Assembly: GCA_028534125.1 (NCBI GenBank)
Contig: CM052817.1
Location: 58,034,001-58,098,000 of the forward strand
Length of the DNA stretch: 64,000 nucleotides
From: Lama glama
Taxonomy: Eukaryota
Reading direction: 5' to 3'
Positions within the stretch are counted from its first letter, which is position 1; every line of letters starts with the position of its first letter. Below the pieces are notes generated by a model. That model searched no databases. It saw only the letters and a list, made by a program, of their open reading frames with translations, and was not told the DNA's origin. Positions 27,811 to 40,060 of this stretch are shown here, piece after piece. The position numbers were made by a program, and so were the translations under genes.

Positions 27811-29437
27811 ATGAGGAAAAATGCTTTTATTCCCCTGTCTTCTACCTTCCAGATGAGATTCTGCCGTATTGTGTTGTTATGTATGAAACCCTAATGTGAT
27901 CATAATTTGACCATAAAATTCAATTTTATAGGTGTTTCAAAACTGATTTTAGAGCTAGAATAGTGTGATTTCTCTTCTTAGAACATCTTTGATATTCTTC
28001 CATTATGCATCATTTCCATAAACTGTTGGTGGGTACCACTGTAACAAAGTCAGACCTAAAGCCTTGTCCTTAACTCTAAGAATCTGCAATTTAATTCAGA
28101 TTAATAAATGAATGGATGAAGAGTTGAAGAATACAAAGCATCAGATGGCAGGCTGAAAGCAGTAGGATTAAGTGCTGAATGAGTGACACCAATAAAATTG
28201 GGGAGTGTTCAATGGAGTGATCGCACACAAGGGCAGGAGGTTAAGAGAAGGGCTTAGAGGATCAGGATGGGCTTATAGAGCAGTGGGATGTGGACAGCTG
28301 AATAGAAGGAAGGACCTTCAAGACAGGTGAAAGAGCTTGTGAAGACCCAGTGAAGGGGGATTTGTACATTGTGCCTCTGCCGCTCTCGGAGCACAGGCCT
28401 TTGCTCATGTTTCTCACTGAGAACCTGCCAACCTCCTGGTAACACTGAGAGGCACCCCCTCTGCTCCCAAGACCCACAGTCTTGGCCTTCTCAGCTCCCC
28501 TTACTTCAGCCCTGGACAAATCTCTTCCTGATATAGACAAAGCCTTTTCACTTTGTAATACCACGTGCAGGAATTCCAGCATGGCCTTAAGCTTTGAGGG
28601 AGAAATAGCTAAAGGGGGAAGTAAATGTTTCTCTTTCTCTCTCTCTCTTTTTTCTCCTAGCTTGCTTCAAATGCCCTCAAAGACAAGGAAGTGCAGGGAT
28701 TTTCGTGTTTTGTGTAGGTTAGGGCAAAAGGAAGAAAGAAGAAATATAGGGAGAAAAAAAACCCCCACAAAACTTAAGTTAATATCTCAAAAACTCTATC
28801 TTATAACAGCAATGACCAGAATCAAATACCCCAAATTTGTTTCAAAATTAGTTGCAGAACAAGAAATGTCTAATGTAACTACGATACATCTGGTTCTCAT
28901 TTCCTAGAGATGCTGAAAGCAATTTTTAATGACAAGGGACAAAGGACTGAGGAATGAATGACTCATACTAATAGACTTCAACAATGAGGCAGCCCAAGAG
29001 GAAACAGGACAGGTTTAACAAGGCGGCCCCAGGACCAGAAAGTTGGCTTCAGAGGGATTTGGCCAGTAAGACTTTCTGTCAAAGGAAACAGATTGGATTT
29101 CACAGGGAAATCTGGGGCCATTTGTGCAAGAAATGAATCTTTAAGTTAGGAAAGTAAATCTTATTCAGATAAAAATAAGTATCCTAGGTTCACGTGAGCA
29201 ATTTGTAATGTGTAAACCTTTAAGAATTTGGTAAAATAATATAAGAGGGTGGTAAAAAGTCTGTGTCGTGATCCAGGACACAAGCTCTGCCCCTAATAAA
29301 AATATTCCCTGTGTATATAATTGAAACAAAGTGAAAGAGCCCCAGGGTAGGCGTTGATCATGCCGGGGCAGAGACTCAGATGTGCGGGGCATGAAGTAGG
29401 GATGGAAGAGTCAAGAAAAGACAGACGCTAATTAAAG

Positions 29438-30020
29438 GGAAACTGTCTACTCACAGCACTTCTAACACCAAATGTGTGAATTAGCCACATCAAACAGTTC
29501 TCCAGTTCTTTATGGATACCAATTGGGTGTTCCACAATTTAATTCTTTCTGACACTATTTGGAATTAGCACAGATGCTTGATATTAAGGGCTCAGTCCCA
29601 CAAAATTGCCCCCATTTCAGACAACAGTTGCCAAGTAGTAGGTCCCCAGATTAGTCACACTTCTGATTTTGCTTAGGTTTACTGGTTTCTTATAAAGGAT
29701 GCTATAATGAATACAGATAAATAGCCAGATGAATGATGCTAACTGCAGGAGTTTTGTCTCCATGGAATTGGAATGCGAAATCCTTCTGGTACATGGATGT
29801 GCTCACCAGCCTGTGAGCCCTGTCATTTAGGGATATGGAGACTTTATCATGGTGGTTGTTAAGTCAATTTCTAGGTCCCTCTTCCCTCCCCCAAGGGTGG
29901 GGTAGGAGTGAGGCTGAAATTTCCAAACCTCCAATCATGGCTTCATCTTTCTGGAGACCAGCCTTTGTCCAGGGGCTCACCAAGCAAAGGATTCTCCCAT
30001 CACCCAGGAAATTCCAGGGA
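29438..30020. mobile_element. MER21-like LTR
   Basis: 'cacttctaacaccaaatgtgtg...ttaagggctcagtcccacaaaattgcccc...acagataaatagccagatgaa...catggatgtgctcacca'. Confidence 0.75.
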
Positions 30021-30214
30021 GATGCTCATTGTTTTTCTTAGTGTCACTTACACTCAGAAATGTAGTCTTCAGTATCCGTCACACTGTCTGATCCCAGCAC
30101 ACTACCTGAGACACAGTGGCCACTTAGGAAATACTTGGTAAATAAATCCAGGATATTAATGTGGATCTAACTAATGGAGATGTCACAGTTCATTGATAGC
30201 TTTTTTTTTTAGTA

Positions 30215-30660
30215 GATTAAAGCAACACATATTTATTATCTCACAGTTCCTGTGGGTCAGGGTCCAGGCACAGCCCAGCTGGCTCCTCTGCGCTGGGTCT
30301 CCTTAGGTGACAAGCAAGGTGTGAGTGGGCTGCATTCTTTTTAGGAACTCAGGGTCCTCTTCCAAGTTCAAGCAGCTGTTGGTAGAATTCAGTTGCTGGC
30401 AGTTGTAGGAGACTGAGGTCCTCATTTTCTTGCTCTTGTCAGTTGGGGACCCCTCTCATCTTTTATAACATGGCAGCCAGCTTTTCCAAGAGTGTCAGAA
30501 TGACTGTTCTTTAAGGCTTTCATCTAAGTCATGTCCACCTAGGATAATTTCCCTTTTGATTAACTCAGAATCAACTCATTTGGGACCTCACTTACATCTG
30601 CAAGTTCCTTTCACCTTTGCCGTATTCTCATCACGGAATTTTAGAATTCAGCCTGGACCA
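30215..30660 (-). mobile_element. MaLR LTR (MLT1E/F-like)
   Basis: 'atttattatctcacagttcctgtgggtcagg...ggtagaattcagttgc...tacatctgcaagttcctttcacctttgcc...ttttagaattcagcct'. Confidence 0.8.
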
Positions 30661-32619
30661 AGGAAAAATCAATTGTCCAAACTTCCTCTCTGATGTCAAC
30701 TTGTAGAAAATATTACAATATTATTTATTATCATTTCTGTTTTTTATCTAAATTGAGATATCAACATAAAACATTTGTAAATTTTAATCACATGACCAGG
30801 GATCATGGAATCATTGAAATATTAGAGAATAAGTAGGAAAACACATTAGTCCAGTCCCTCTTATCTACAAATACAACTTGTTCTCCATTGTCCGTTTTTT
30901 TCAGAAATATAAACATCCAGTATAAAATGGAAATATTCACAAATGCTTGAAACTAGAGATTAATTGAGCTTTATTGATGTTATTACAGAAACTCAAAATC
31001 AGGTCAACCAATTTTAGTTATATCACAACTCCTTTTTTCAGATCTGAAGAGAACATGACGAATGTGGCACCATTTGGGTCATGGACACTCAGCTGTTTTT
31101 CTGCAGATACTACTTAAATGAACATTTTGATCTGTGAAAATGCAAGGTTAGCTCTTTCCTTGATTTTATTTTATTTTTTGAAGTGTTTAGACAAAAACAT
31201 ATTTCCTGGAAATACTTTTAAACCATTCTCAAGGTGGGATACTTTATTTTTTATGGGCTGGGGGAGGTGATTTATATTCGTTTTAACACTGTCTCTTTAA
31301 ATTTTTATGTGCTCAACCTGCAAAGAATGAACTTTCAGCAAATAAAAGTATGTCAGTGGGGAAACTCACAGTGATTGTTCTCTGCTGGAAGGATTAAATA
31401 AATGTAGAGTTCCAAGCAGGCTTAGGCAGTGAACTGTTAAAAAAAAAAAACTAAGAGGATGTGAGGGTAAAATAATCTATCTTCCATCATCAACTGATCG
31501 TGTTGCCAGGGCCATAGTCTGGAAGTAGCAATGGCGTTACCTCCTCTTCCCTCTGCCTGTCCAGCAGCTGAGAGGTGGAGCGCTCTGTACCAACACCTGC
31601 TGACAAATCAGGGCACTGCTCGCTGTTAGTAACAGGATAAGTCACGTAACCTAAGAGCCTGGCTACCAGCTGTTGGCTCTTTCTGCACGAAGCCTCCTTA
31701 TAACTTGCAATACCTGCCTTGCAGGTTTGTTACTGAGAATTGAACAAGAGAATATTCACAGAAGTGTTTTGAAAACAATAATCTATGTAAATGTTATTTA
31801 CAGTTAAGTATAATATTGCCCAGGAAGTACACAGACATATATATATGTGTGTGTATGCATATATATGTACACATAAATGCACATTATGTATATATTTATA
31901 TATGCATACACACAGACACTGTAACAATCTAAATCAATTCCTTCTCTTCATAGCAAAATCATTTTTAAAAACTGTTGTCTGATACTAATTCTGTGAACTT
32001 CTAGAGTGCCTTTTCTCTCGTGTACTCTGAAAGCTTTTCCTAGTCAAATTAAATAAAATTTAAAGGCTATAACACTCCAGAAACTGAACTAAGGTCTTTC
32101 ATAAGTTAATGCCTCATTCATTTCTCAAAACAACCATGAGACATAGGTATCCTTGTTTTAATTAACAAAGGAGAAAAGTAAGTGCCAGAGGCTTTACATT
32201 AAATTTTTAGTAATCGCATTCTTGATTCAGACATGAGAGGAAAAACACATCAGGAAGGACCCACACCCTTGGATTTATGGTAATTGAAACCACAAGGTGA
32301 TTGTATGTATCTATGTATAAGACTTTATTTGAAAAATAGGTGTTATTTTCTTCATCTGTAGATGAGGACATTGAAGGTTAGGAGTGTTAATAATTTGTCT
32401 GATTCGAAGATAAGAACGAGACTCAAATGCAGATAGGCTTGAGATAAAACATGTGATATTTATATTTACTTCTTTATTCAAAATATTGTTAGAGGATCTT
32501 CTAAGACATAGAATTTCTGAACAAAATCACCATGATCGTTGCTATCGTGGAGTCTGCAGCTGAGTGGGAGAAGCAGAAACTAATCTAGTAATCCACCAGG
32601 AAAATGTAATTGACTTACC

Positions 32620-32905
32620 ATTCAGGTCTCAGCAAAGTTATCTTCCTAGGGAACCCCTCCCATCCCCACTGGTGGTGTGGCCTCCTCCCCTCAGGAGTCT
32701 CTAGCCTTCTTACTACCCTGGGAGAAGGGCCTCCTAGTACTTATTTGTTGACTTGCATTTTTGTTTATTTATTTCATGTATCCCGCTAGAATAGAAGGTC
32801 CTGAGAGCAGGGATCTTATCTGACTAATTGACTGTTGTTCCCCAGTGCCTGGAATCCTGGCTGCCTGTCCTATAATTTAATTATTCATTAAATGTTTGTT
32901 GACAG
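32620..32905 (+). mobile_element. L2 3' end
   Basis: 'ctagaatagaaggtcctgagagcagggatcttatctg...ccccagtgcctggaa...cattaaatgtttgttga'. Confidence 0.7.
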
Positions 32906-32939
32906 AAGAGAGGAAGGAAGATGGGCTCCTGACGGCAGT

Positions 32940-33625
32940 GCAGAGTGCTGTGAGAATGTATTTTATATACCTGATGGGAGAAATCAGAAACATCTGAAGA
33001 AGTCATACTTGAATTGCAAATCTGTAGAATGGATGAGGTCCTAAAGGAGTAGACAGAGGGTGGGGGTAGTGTGTGTGTGTGTGTGTGTGTGTGTAGGAAG
33101 AGGGCAGCTGAGGTTTCACAAAGAGCAAGGAATATGTGCAAAGTCCTGTGGTCGAACAGAACACGTTAAATATGAAGAAAGAAAAGAAGGCCAAGAGAAA
33201 TTTAAGTGCAAAATGTGGCAGGAAAAGTAGGTTGTGTCGGAGCCTTGCAGTAATTTTGACTTTATCGGAAGAGCCATGAGGAGCCACTGAAATATTTCAA
33301 CCAGGAGGGAAGTATAACGATGTTTGCGTTTTCATCAAGACCCTTTCTTGACATGGAAAGAGAGGGAAGGGGCAGAGCAGATGCAGGGATCCTGGGTTAG
33401 AGCCTCTGACATGGCCTAGAAATGAGGCCAAAGATCCTGGAGGATCCTTGATGATGGCGCTAAGAAGAACAGTTGTTGAACTCATGAGCTCTTGAAGAGA
33501 AAATTACTCAGTCTGTGATATTGAGAAACACAGGGCAGAGGAGACGGGTCCAGCAAGGATGCCTGCCTGGTTTCTGGCCTGTGCAGTAGACGGGATGGTG
33601 ATGCCACCTTTGATAGGGAGTGTGG
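32940..33625 (-). mobile_element. L2 internal fragment containing (GT)n at 33069-33094
   Basis: Purine-rich antisense L2 motifs 'ggaatatgtgcaaagtcctgtgg', 'gagccactgaaatattt', 'ggtttctggcctg...ggatggtgatgcca'. Confidence 0.65.
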
Positions 33626-35899
33626 CAGAGGGGCGGGGGCAGGTGACATGGACTTCTGCCACCTCTTGTTGTGGGTATCTCCTTGGTCTTGAAAAGTTGG
33701 TAGAGGATAGAAAGTATTAACCTTTGAAAATCTGAGGTTTTTCAGAGACAATTAGGGCAGAGCACCCAACAGAGTCCAGGAGCCTTCATTTTGAACCATC
33801 ATATTGCTTATTTAAAATAATTATTTTTTAACTAGAAAATGCTACCTCCATATGACTATAGATCGTGAACTAATTTCTGAAAATGTTTATGTTATTAAGG
33901 AAATTCCTTCATAGATCTCAGGTTCCAATAGTGCTTTTAACTACACTAATCCTCAAGATAAAAAAGACATACATCCTCGTGAGAATTTTTCTATTCATTT
34001 TAGAATCAAGAATCATATCTTGAAAAATATAATTAGCTCTTTTCGTTTTAATACGTCTATCTGAACATCCCCAAGAGTTTCAAAGAATGAAGGAGGAAAA
34101 CTGGAAATGGGTAAATATTGGAATAAGAACAACCAGTACCTAAAATGTGAATGTAGAATGGGATCTCATTATATAATATAAACAGAATCACAAAACCCAC
34201 AGCACAAAGGAGGTCAGTGCCTTTTCTTTTGATGTGCCTGTGTAGTGAAACTGCAATTAGTGGTAATAGGAGTTGCGTGTGTGGCTCAAAGGGGCTTGAT
34301 GTAAGATTGCAGCAGGGTACAAAATGGTATAAGCAAAATCCAGTTCTCATTACCAACATATAATTTTATTGTCTCCTTTAGATAGCATAATTTTTTCGTT
34401 ATCAGAATTCCCCCAACCCATTACATCACAAATGCAATTATAAATGCATTATAAATTCATCCAAGCTAAAAAAATCAAATGCAGCAAATTGATTTGAAGA
34501 GAAGGAAGGGTTTAGAAAGTAAATTGTGGTCAAGTGGTACATGGAATGTTGCCTACTCTCCCACTTTTATGATTCCAAAGAATATATGCTTATGTTTAAA
34601 GACAAATACTCTGATCTGATACATAAGCATCTTTTTTTTTAGGTTCTGGTTTTAATATGCTAGATTTTTCTTAGGCAGTAGGCAGTCCCTTAAATTGTAC
34701 AATCTAGTATTCATTCATTTCTTTCTATAGCAGGTTCTATTGCATTTCCCCAGAATTAACCTCCTTTTAACTCTCTTGCTTAGCTCTGTGTAGAACTTGA
34801 ACACATGTTAACATGCATTACAAACATTTGAAGACTCATAACCATTTAAAGTGATATGGGTATCATATATGTATATAATAGATATGTACATACGTAACGA
34901 AGCCATATGGTTCTCCCCACTGAGAATTTATATACACATAATATCACAATGCACAAATAAAGCTTTTTAGTTATAAGCAAATTTGTTGAACACATAATAC
35001 TTATGCAATTTCTCTTCCTTAGAAAGTATTTGACCATTTCATTCTTTAAGTTAAATGTCCTCCATTGATTCAGGCAGTTTCTATTCTTCTTTGCATTTAT
35101 AATGCCTATCTTTCTGTCACAGAATAAAATAATAAATTTATTTTCACCCTCTACAAGGTTTTTGTGTTCATTATATAATTAATACACAGAAAACTTTAAT
35201 TCATGTTAATTTTGCTAAGAATATAAATGTGAGAATGGGTATTAACTTGAATATTGTATCTCCTTTTTTCCCCCTCTAATTTATTAAGAAGTTACTTGCT
35301 TAAATATATGACGTTGTGTCAGAGATTTACACACACTGCAATTTAAAAGAAAGGCAAACGCATTGTCCCTTTATTTTGCCTACTTCAAATCTGAACTGAA
35401 AAGCCCTGGTTTTCTGGGTAATAGGAGGAAAGCTCGTCCAATTGGTTTTAAATTTAATTTGAGCAGAAATTTAACAGTCTCTTTATGTAATGTTTACTCT
35501 CCTTGAATAAGATTTCTCAGACTTTTGGTCCCTCAAACAATCTCCTCTCTTCTGTCTAAGTCAGCATTAGTTCAAAGGAAAAGATGCTCAGACCTGCCAT
35601 GGTTTCTGGGATCTGCTCTGCTCTGTCTTCTGTTTACCTGGTTGATGCCTGTGTAACCTGTTGTTGAGCTCGTTAGCCAGTGATCACGATGACTGGCTCA
35701 CATCTTTTCAGTCTTAATTCTCCACCAGGAACCAATGGAAATCCTCACCTTTTTGGTGGGGATGGCTGCAGAAAGAGGAGATCCTGAAAGTAGAAGCTGC
35801 CTAAGAACCAAGAGATGTAATGAATGGAAACTGTCAGCTTTCTGCTAATGGATCTGCAAATCCACCTTCCTCTGCACCTGACTTTTACCTCTTGTTACA

Positions 35900-36070
35900 A
35901 AGCACTGTGTATTGGAATCACCTGAAGAGCTTATTAAACCTTCGATTTCTGGGTTCCATCACAGAGTTTCTGATTCAGTAAGTCTTGGATTGGTCTTGAT
36001 CATTTGTGTAGCTAATATTCCCAAGTGATTCTAATGCTGCTGGTCTAGAGACCTCACTCCAAGGACACTG
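35900..36070. mobile_element. MER5A (hAT-Charlie MITE)
   Basis: 'ggaatcacctgaagagcttattaaa...cagagtttctgattcagtaagtct...cccaagtgattctaatgctgctggtc...acactg'. Confidence 0.85.
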
Positions 36071-36559
36071 GGATGAGAAAGTGTAACTCTGTATCAGAGA
36101 TAAGCTACATCCCATCCTTTTCCATCTTCTTCATCAATCATTCCTTTTATTTTCTTTATATTTCAATCTCTTCCTTTCTGGGAATCCTCTGAATCAGCAT
36201 ACAGGCATGGTCCACTCTACCTATCTTACAAAAAGACAAAACAAAATGCACACATAACTACAAATAGCTTTCTTGGATCCAGATGTCTCTCTGGCTACCG
36301 TATGAGCTCTATAAAACCAAGCTTCTTGGAGGAGTTTTATGCTCTGCTGTAGCTACTGCATTACCTTTCATTTTATTCTAGCTTTCTACAATCCGGGTTC
36401 TGCTTTCACTACTTCTAATACTATACCATAACTGCCAGTCTGGTTAGTCTAAGTAAATTTCATACTTTTATGGAAACATTTCACAGCTATTCTTAGCTAG
36501 GGCAAATTTTTATTTTAAGAAGAGATGAAAATTTCAGAGAATTTTATAATTTGTAGAAT

Positions 36560-36760
36560 TATGTTCCAACTTGCTCTGCCACTTACAAGTTGGATAATTA
36601 TGTGCAAATGCTTGAAGTCTTTGAGGTTCAATATTTATGAATGTTAACTAGAGTTAATGATGTCTATCTTGCCAGCTTATTTTGAGGTTAGAGCTATTGC
36701 ACATATAATGCCTAGAATAGTGCTTGGAATTTAAGCAGTTACTAATAACAACAATAAAAA
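36560..36760 (+). mobile_element. MIR SINE
   Basis: 'gctctgccacttacaagttgg...aatgcctagaatagtgcttgg'. Confidence 0.6.
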
Positions 36761-36914
36761 TAGTAATCTAATTTTGACATTTAGAACACAGAAAAATCAG
36801 ATTTTTGAGTCTGTACTTTGTCACCAACTATCAGAATGCTAAAAGGTGATAGCCTTTTAAGTGGAGTGTTTATTATATGTAAGTTCTAATCAGTCAAAAG
36901 AATGCTCTGCTATG

Positions 36915-38480
36915 AATTAAGCAGATCAGTTGTTGGCATTTAACATCCTCTGGACCACCCACAATGGCTCCTGAACCACTAGAACTGAAGAACTGTCTTA
37001 TTAACCAAGAATCGTCAAAGGGATCCTCCTTATAACCCCATTGTAACCACAGCCGTGTCTTCCCATGATCCAAGTCAATTACCCTTTGTGGGATTGGTGA
37101 ACCTGACAGAACCAGCTCATGTTGGTCAGTTCTGACTGCAAAGTCCCTTAAAGACCCCTGGTCAGGCACTCTATCTTTACCAGGATCCAGCAACTGTTTT
37201 TCAGCCGTATTCTCCTCTGAGGTGGCTCCAGAATGGTAGGGGGCCATAATCACCATTCTACTGGGCTTACCATAAACCCCACACATCATCTTTTCTCACT
37301 TCAGATACCTACAGTATCTCAGGGTCTGAGGACCACGTGTCCTGAGCAGCAGTGGTCCCTTCACTCCAGCCTGGGTCTGGGCTGGACTCCCGTCCCGTTC
37401 TGTGCTCTAATGGCAGATGGCAGCTCTCCATGTCACCAAGTATAGGGACCAGAGTGATATTCTCAGCTGTGGCATATGTTGCCTTCAAAACTGAAAGAAG
37501 CTTACTAGGTATTGTGCTTCCTTCTATGTGTGGAAGCTGTGAGGGGCAATAATTTACTTTTTTCTTCAAAGACATTGGCCCATATTCCTGAGGCGACAGG
37601 ACTTTTAGAAATTTCAGAAATACAGCAGATCCCTGAAACTTCGTTTACCTCTCACCCTCTGAAGCACATTTGTCTCACTAAAGCCTCCAACATAGTTGTC
37701 ATTTCTTGTTTTTGGTTCTATTAGCATGATGTTATCCGTATCATGTGCCAGCAGGGTGCTCTTCAGGATGTGCAGCCCATTCAGATTTCTTTGACAGAGG
37801 AAGAAAGTGTTACTATAACCCCAGGGCAAGACTGCAGATGGATACTATTGTCACTTCCAAGTGAATGCTAATTGTTTCTGCTCCTCTTTTCTGAAAAGGG
37901 TAAAAAAAGAACACATTTTCCAGATCAAAGGCTTTGTACCTGAGGCTATGTTTATCTGTGCCAGCAAAGATAGCACATCTAGCATAGCGACTGCAATGAG
38001 GGCTACTGCTTGATTGAGTTTGACTGTTAGCATCCAGGAAACATCTCGATTTTGTAGGCGCCAGACTTGTGATTTAAATGGAGATATGCTGGGACCACAA
38101 GCTCTGCCTTCTCCAGGGGTACTAATCTCTGCCATCTCTCCCGCAGTATGGTACTGGTTTTAATTTACAGTCTTGGCTGGGAGAGCAGTTTCAGGGGTCC
38201 CACTTGACTTTCCACATGACTACAGGATTCAGGCAAGGGAAACAATACAGAGGCTATACTGATTACTGAATATGTCCATTTCAAGCATAAAACTGGGAAA
38301 TGTGGACACTACTGAGTCGGTTGATGAACTAAGTGGACCATTGTAGGCTAGACCTTGGCCAAGGCTGCATTTAACACTTGGCCCTATATGCCCCTTCTTC
38401 AATAGGGGGCTCCTTTAGTTCCCCAGGATCCAATGTCAACAAGGATCTTATACCAATGACTTGGGAGTGTTTAGGTATTC
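36915..38480 (-). mobile_element. pol: ERV-L (HERV16-like) internal remnant: degraded protease, reverse transcriptase and downstream pol sequence
   Basis: Minus ORF fragments SPFKSQVWRLQNRDVSWMLTV-KLNQAVALIAVAMLDVLSLLAQIN, EQKQLAFTW, PWGYSNTFFLC...LAHDTDNIMLI (degenerate YxDD region) and EKQLL match ERV-L pol motifs; many frameshifts and stops. Confidence 0.9.
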
Positions 38481-38489
38481 TCTTGTCCT

Positions 38490-38910
38490 TAGTGTATAGT
38501 TACTCTGAGATAGAAATGAGCACATAAGAAGTTTAGTAGGGAATGCTAGACTTGAATATCTATGGGAGGGCAGATAATGAAGAAAGACTGAGCAGAGGGA
38601 GAAGTTAGGCTGCACTACAGTTTCAATAAAGACCTCAGCTGATCCTATGTGGAGCTCTGACAGTAACCCTTTCAAGTCGTCCCACATTTTGGCAAGGAGA
38701 CAGGCCTTTTCTACTCCCCCTTCATCTGTCCATTGGATGAAGGCTTTTCTTGGGAATGGGATTTGACCTTGGAAAAGGTAGCTCCCCAGCCAAAGGTAAT
38801 TCCCTGAGAGGGCTGAGAACTGAGAACTGTCAGTCCACAACACTCCCAGCAACTTAGGAAAACTTTCATCTCCAAAGATGAATCTCTGTGTCATACATCA
38901 CAACCTCCTG
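38490..38910 (-). mobile_element. LTR16-like ERV-L LTR (probable 5' LTR of the adjacent remnant)
   Basis: 'cctcagctgatcctatgtggagctctg...ggcaaggagacaggccttt...cattggatg...gtcagtccacaacactcccagca'. Confidence 0.75.
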
Positions 38911-39069
38911 AATCTTCCATTATCCACCTGCGGGGACATGTTGGTGCCAGAAATACATCAGGTGCTCAAAATCTTAAGTAAAGAATAAGTATAAAGCTAC
39001 CTTGAAAACGTTATCTCTGAACAGTTTGCCACCCTTGGGATTTTGTTCTTCTAATCATGTTTTGTTTTA

Positions 39070-39640
39070 CACTTTTTAAAATTGTGGTAAATTATGCATA
39101 GCATAAAACTTACCTTCTTAAACATTTCTAAGTGTATGATTCAGTGGCATTAAGTACATTCACAATGTTGTGTAACTATCACCATATCCATTTCCAGAAC
39201 TTTTTCATAATCCCAAAGAGAATTTTTGTGCCCATTAAACAATAACTCCCTATTCCTTCTTCTCTAGTGCCTGGCAACCATTCTGCTTACTGTCTGTATG
39301 ATTTGCCAATACTACATAGTCAGTGTAAGTGGAAACATGCAATATTTGTTCTTCTGTGTTTGGCTTATTTCATTTAACACAGTGTTTTCAAGGTTTGTCT
39401 ATCTTGTAGCATGTGTCAGAATTTCATTCCTTTTTAAGGCTGAATAATATTCCATTATATATGTATATATGTATATGTTTATCACACTTTGATTATCCAT
39501 TCATCTGTTGGTGAACATTTGGGTAGTTTCCACCTTTTGACTGTTTTGAATTAATGCCACTATGAACAACAATGTACAAATGTCTGAGTACCTGTTTTTA
39601 ATTCTTTTGGGTATATAGTCAGATGTATAATTATTGAACT
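39070..39640 (-). mobile_element. L1MB-like 3' end
   Basis: 'aattgtggtaaa...cagtggcattaagtacattcacaatgttgtg...tttaaggctgaataatattccatt'. Confidence 0.9.
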
Positions 39641-39859
39641 AATATTAAGCCATATCTTAAATTATAGCAATACATAATATTTATCTTATTCAAAATTTTC
39701 ACTATTAAAAAAGTATAATTCTTATTGTATACAAAATTATATTTATTTGACAAATTTGCTTTTATTTATTGAATATATGCCAGTCTGCTAAATACTTTAT
39801 ACCTATTATATCTTAGATAATTGCTGGCAGATATAAGTACAAATTAAATGCATGATTGA

Positions 39860-40060
39860 TATTTACTATTATTATCTCATTAAATCCTTACAGTAACATC
39901 TGAAGAAAGAGTATAAATATTTTTATGCTAAATTTATTAAATGGAATAACTGGGGCTCAGACAGGTTAATAACTTGCCTAACGTCACACTGATCCATGGT
40001 AGCAGAGCCAGGGTTGGCAACTAGAAGTATTTGCCTCAAAGACTGTGCTCTGAATGATTA
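39860..40060 (-). mobile_element. MIR SINE
   Basis: 'aactggggctcagacaggttaataacttgcctaacgtcacac...agcagagccaggg'. Confidence 0.75.

Noticed and set aside
28482..28907. 141-aa plus-strand ORF
   Set aside because: TTG start, runs through low-complexity CT and A tracts, and has no recognisable domain; likely chance.
36894..37289. 131-aa minus ORF as a domesticated retroviral gene
   Set aside because: Only short patches (EKQLL) stay in the pol frame; the rest is frameshifted.
38448..38894. 148-aa minus-strand ORF
   Set aside because: Lies within the LTR16-like LTR and resembles no protein.
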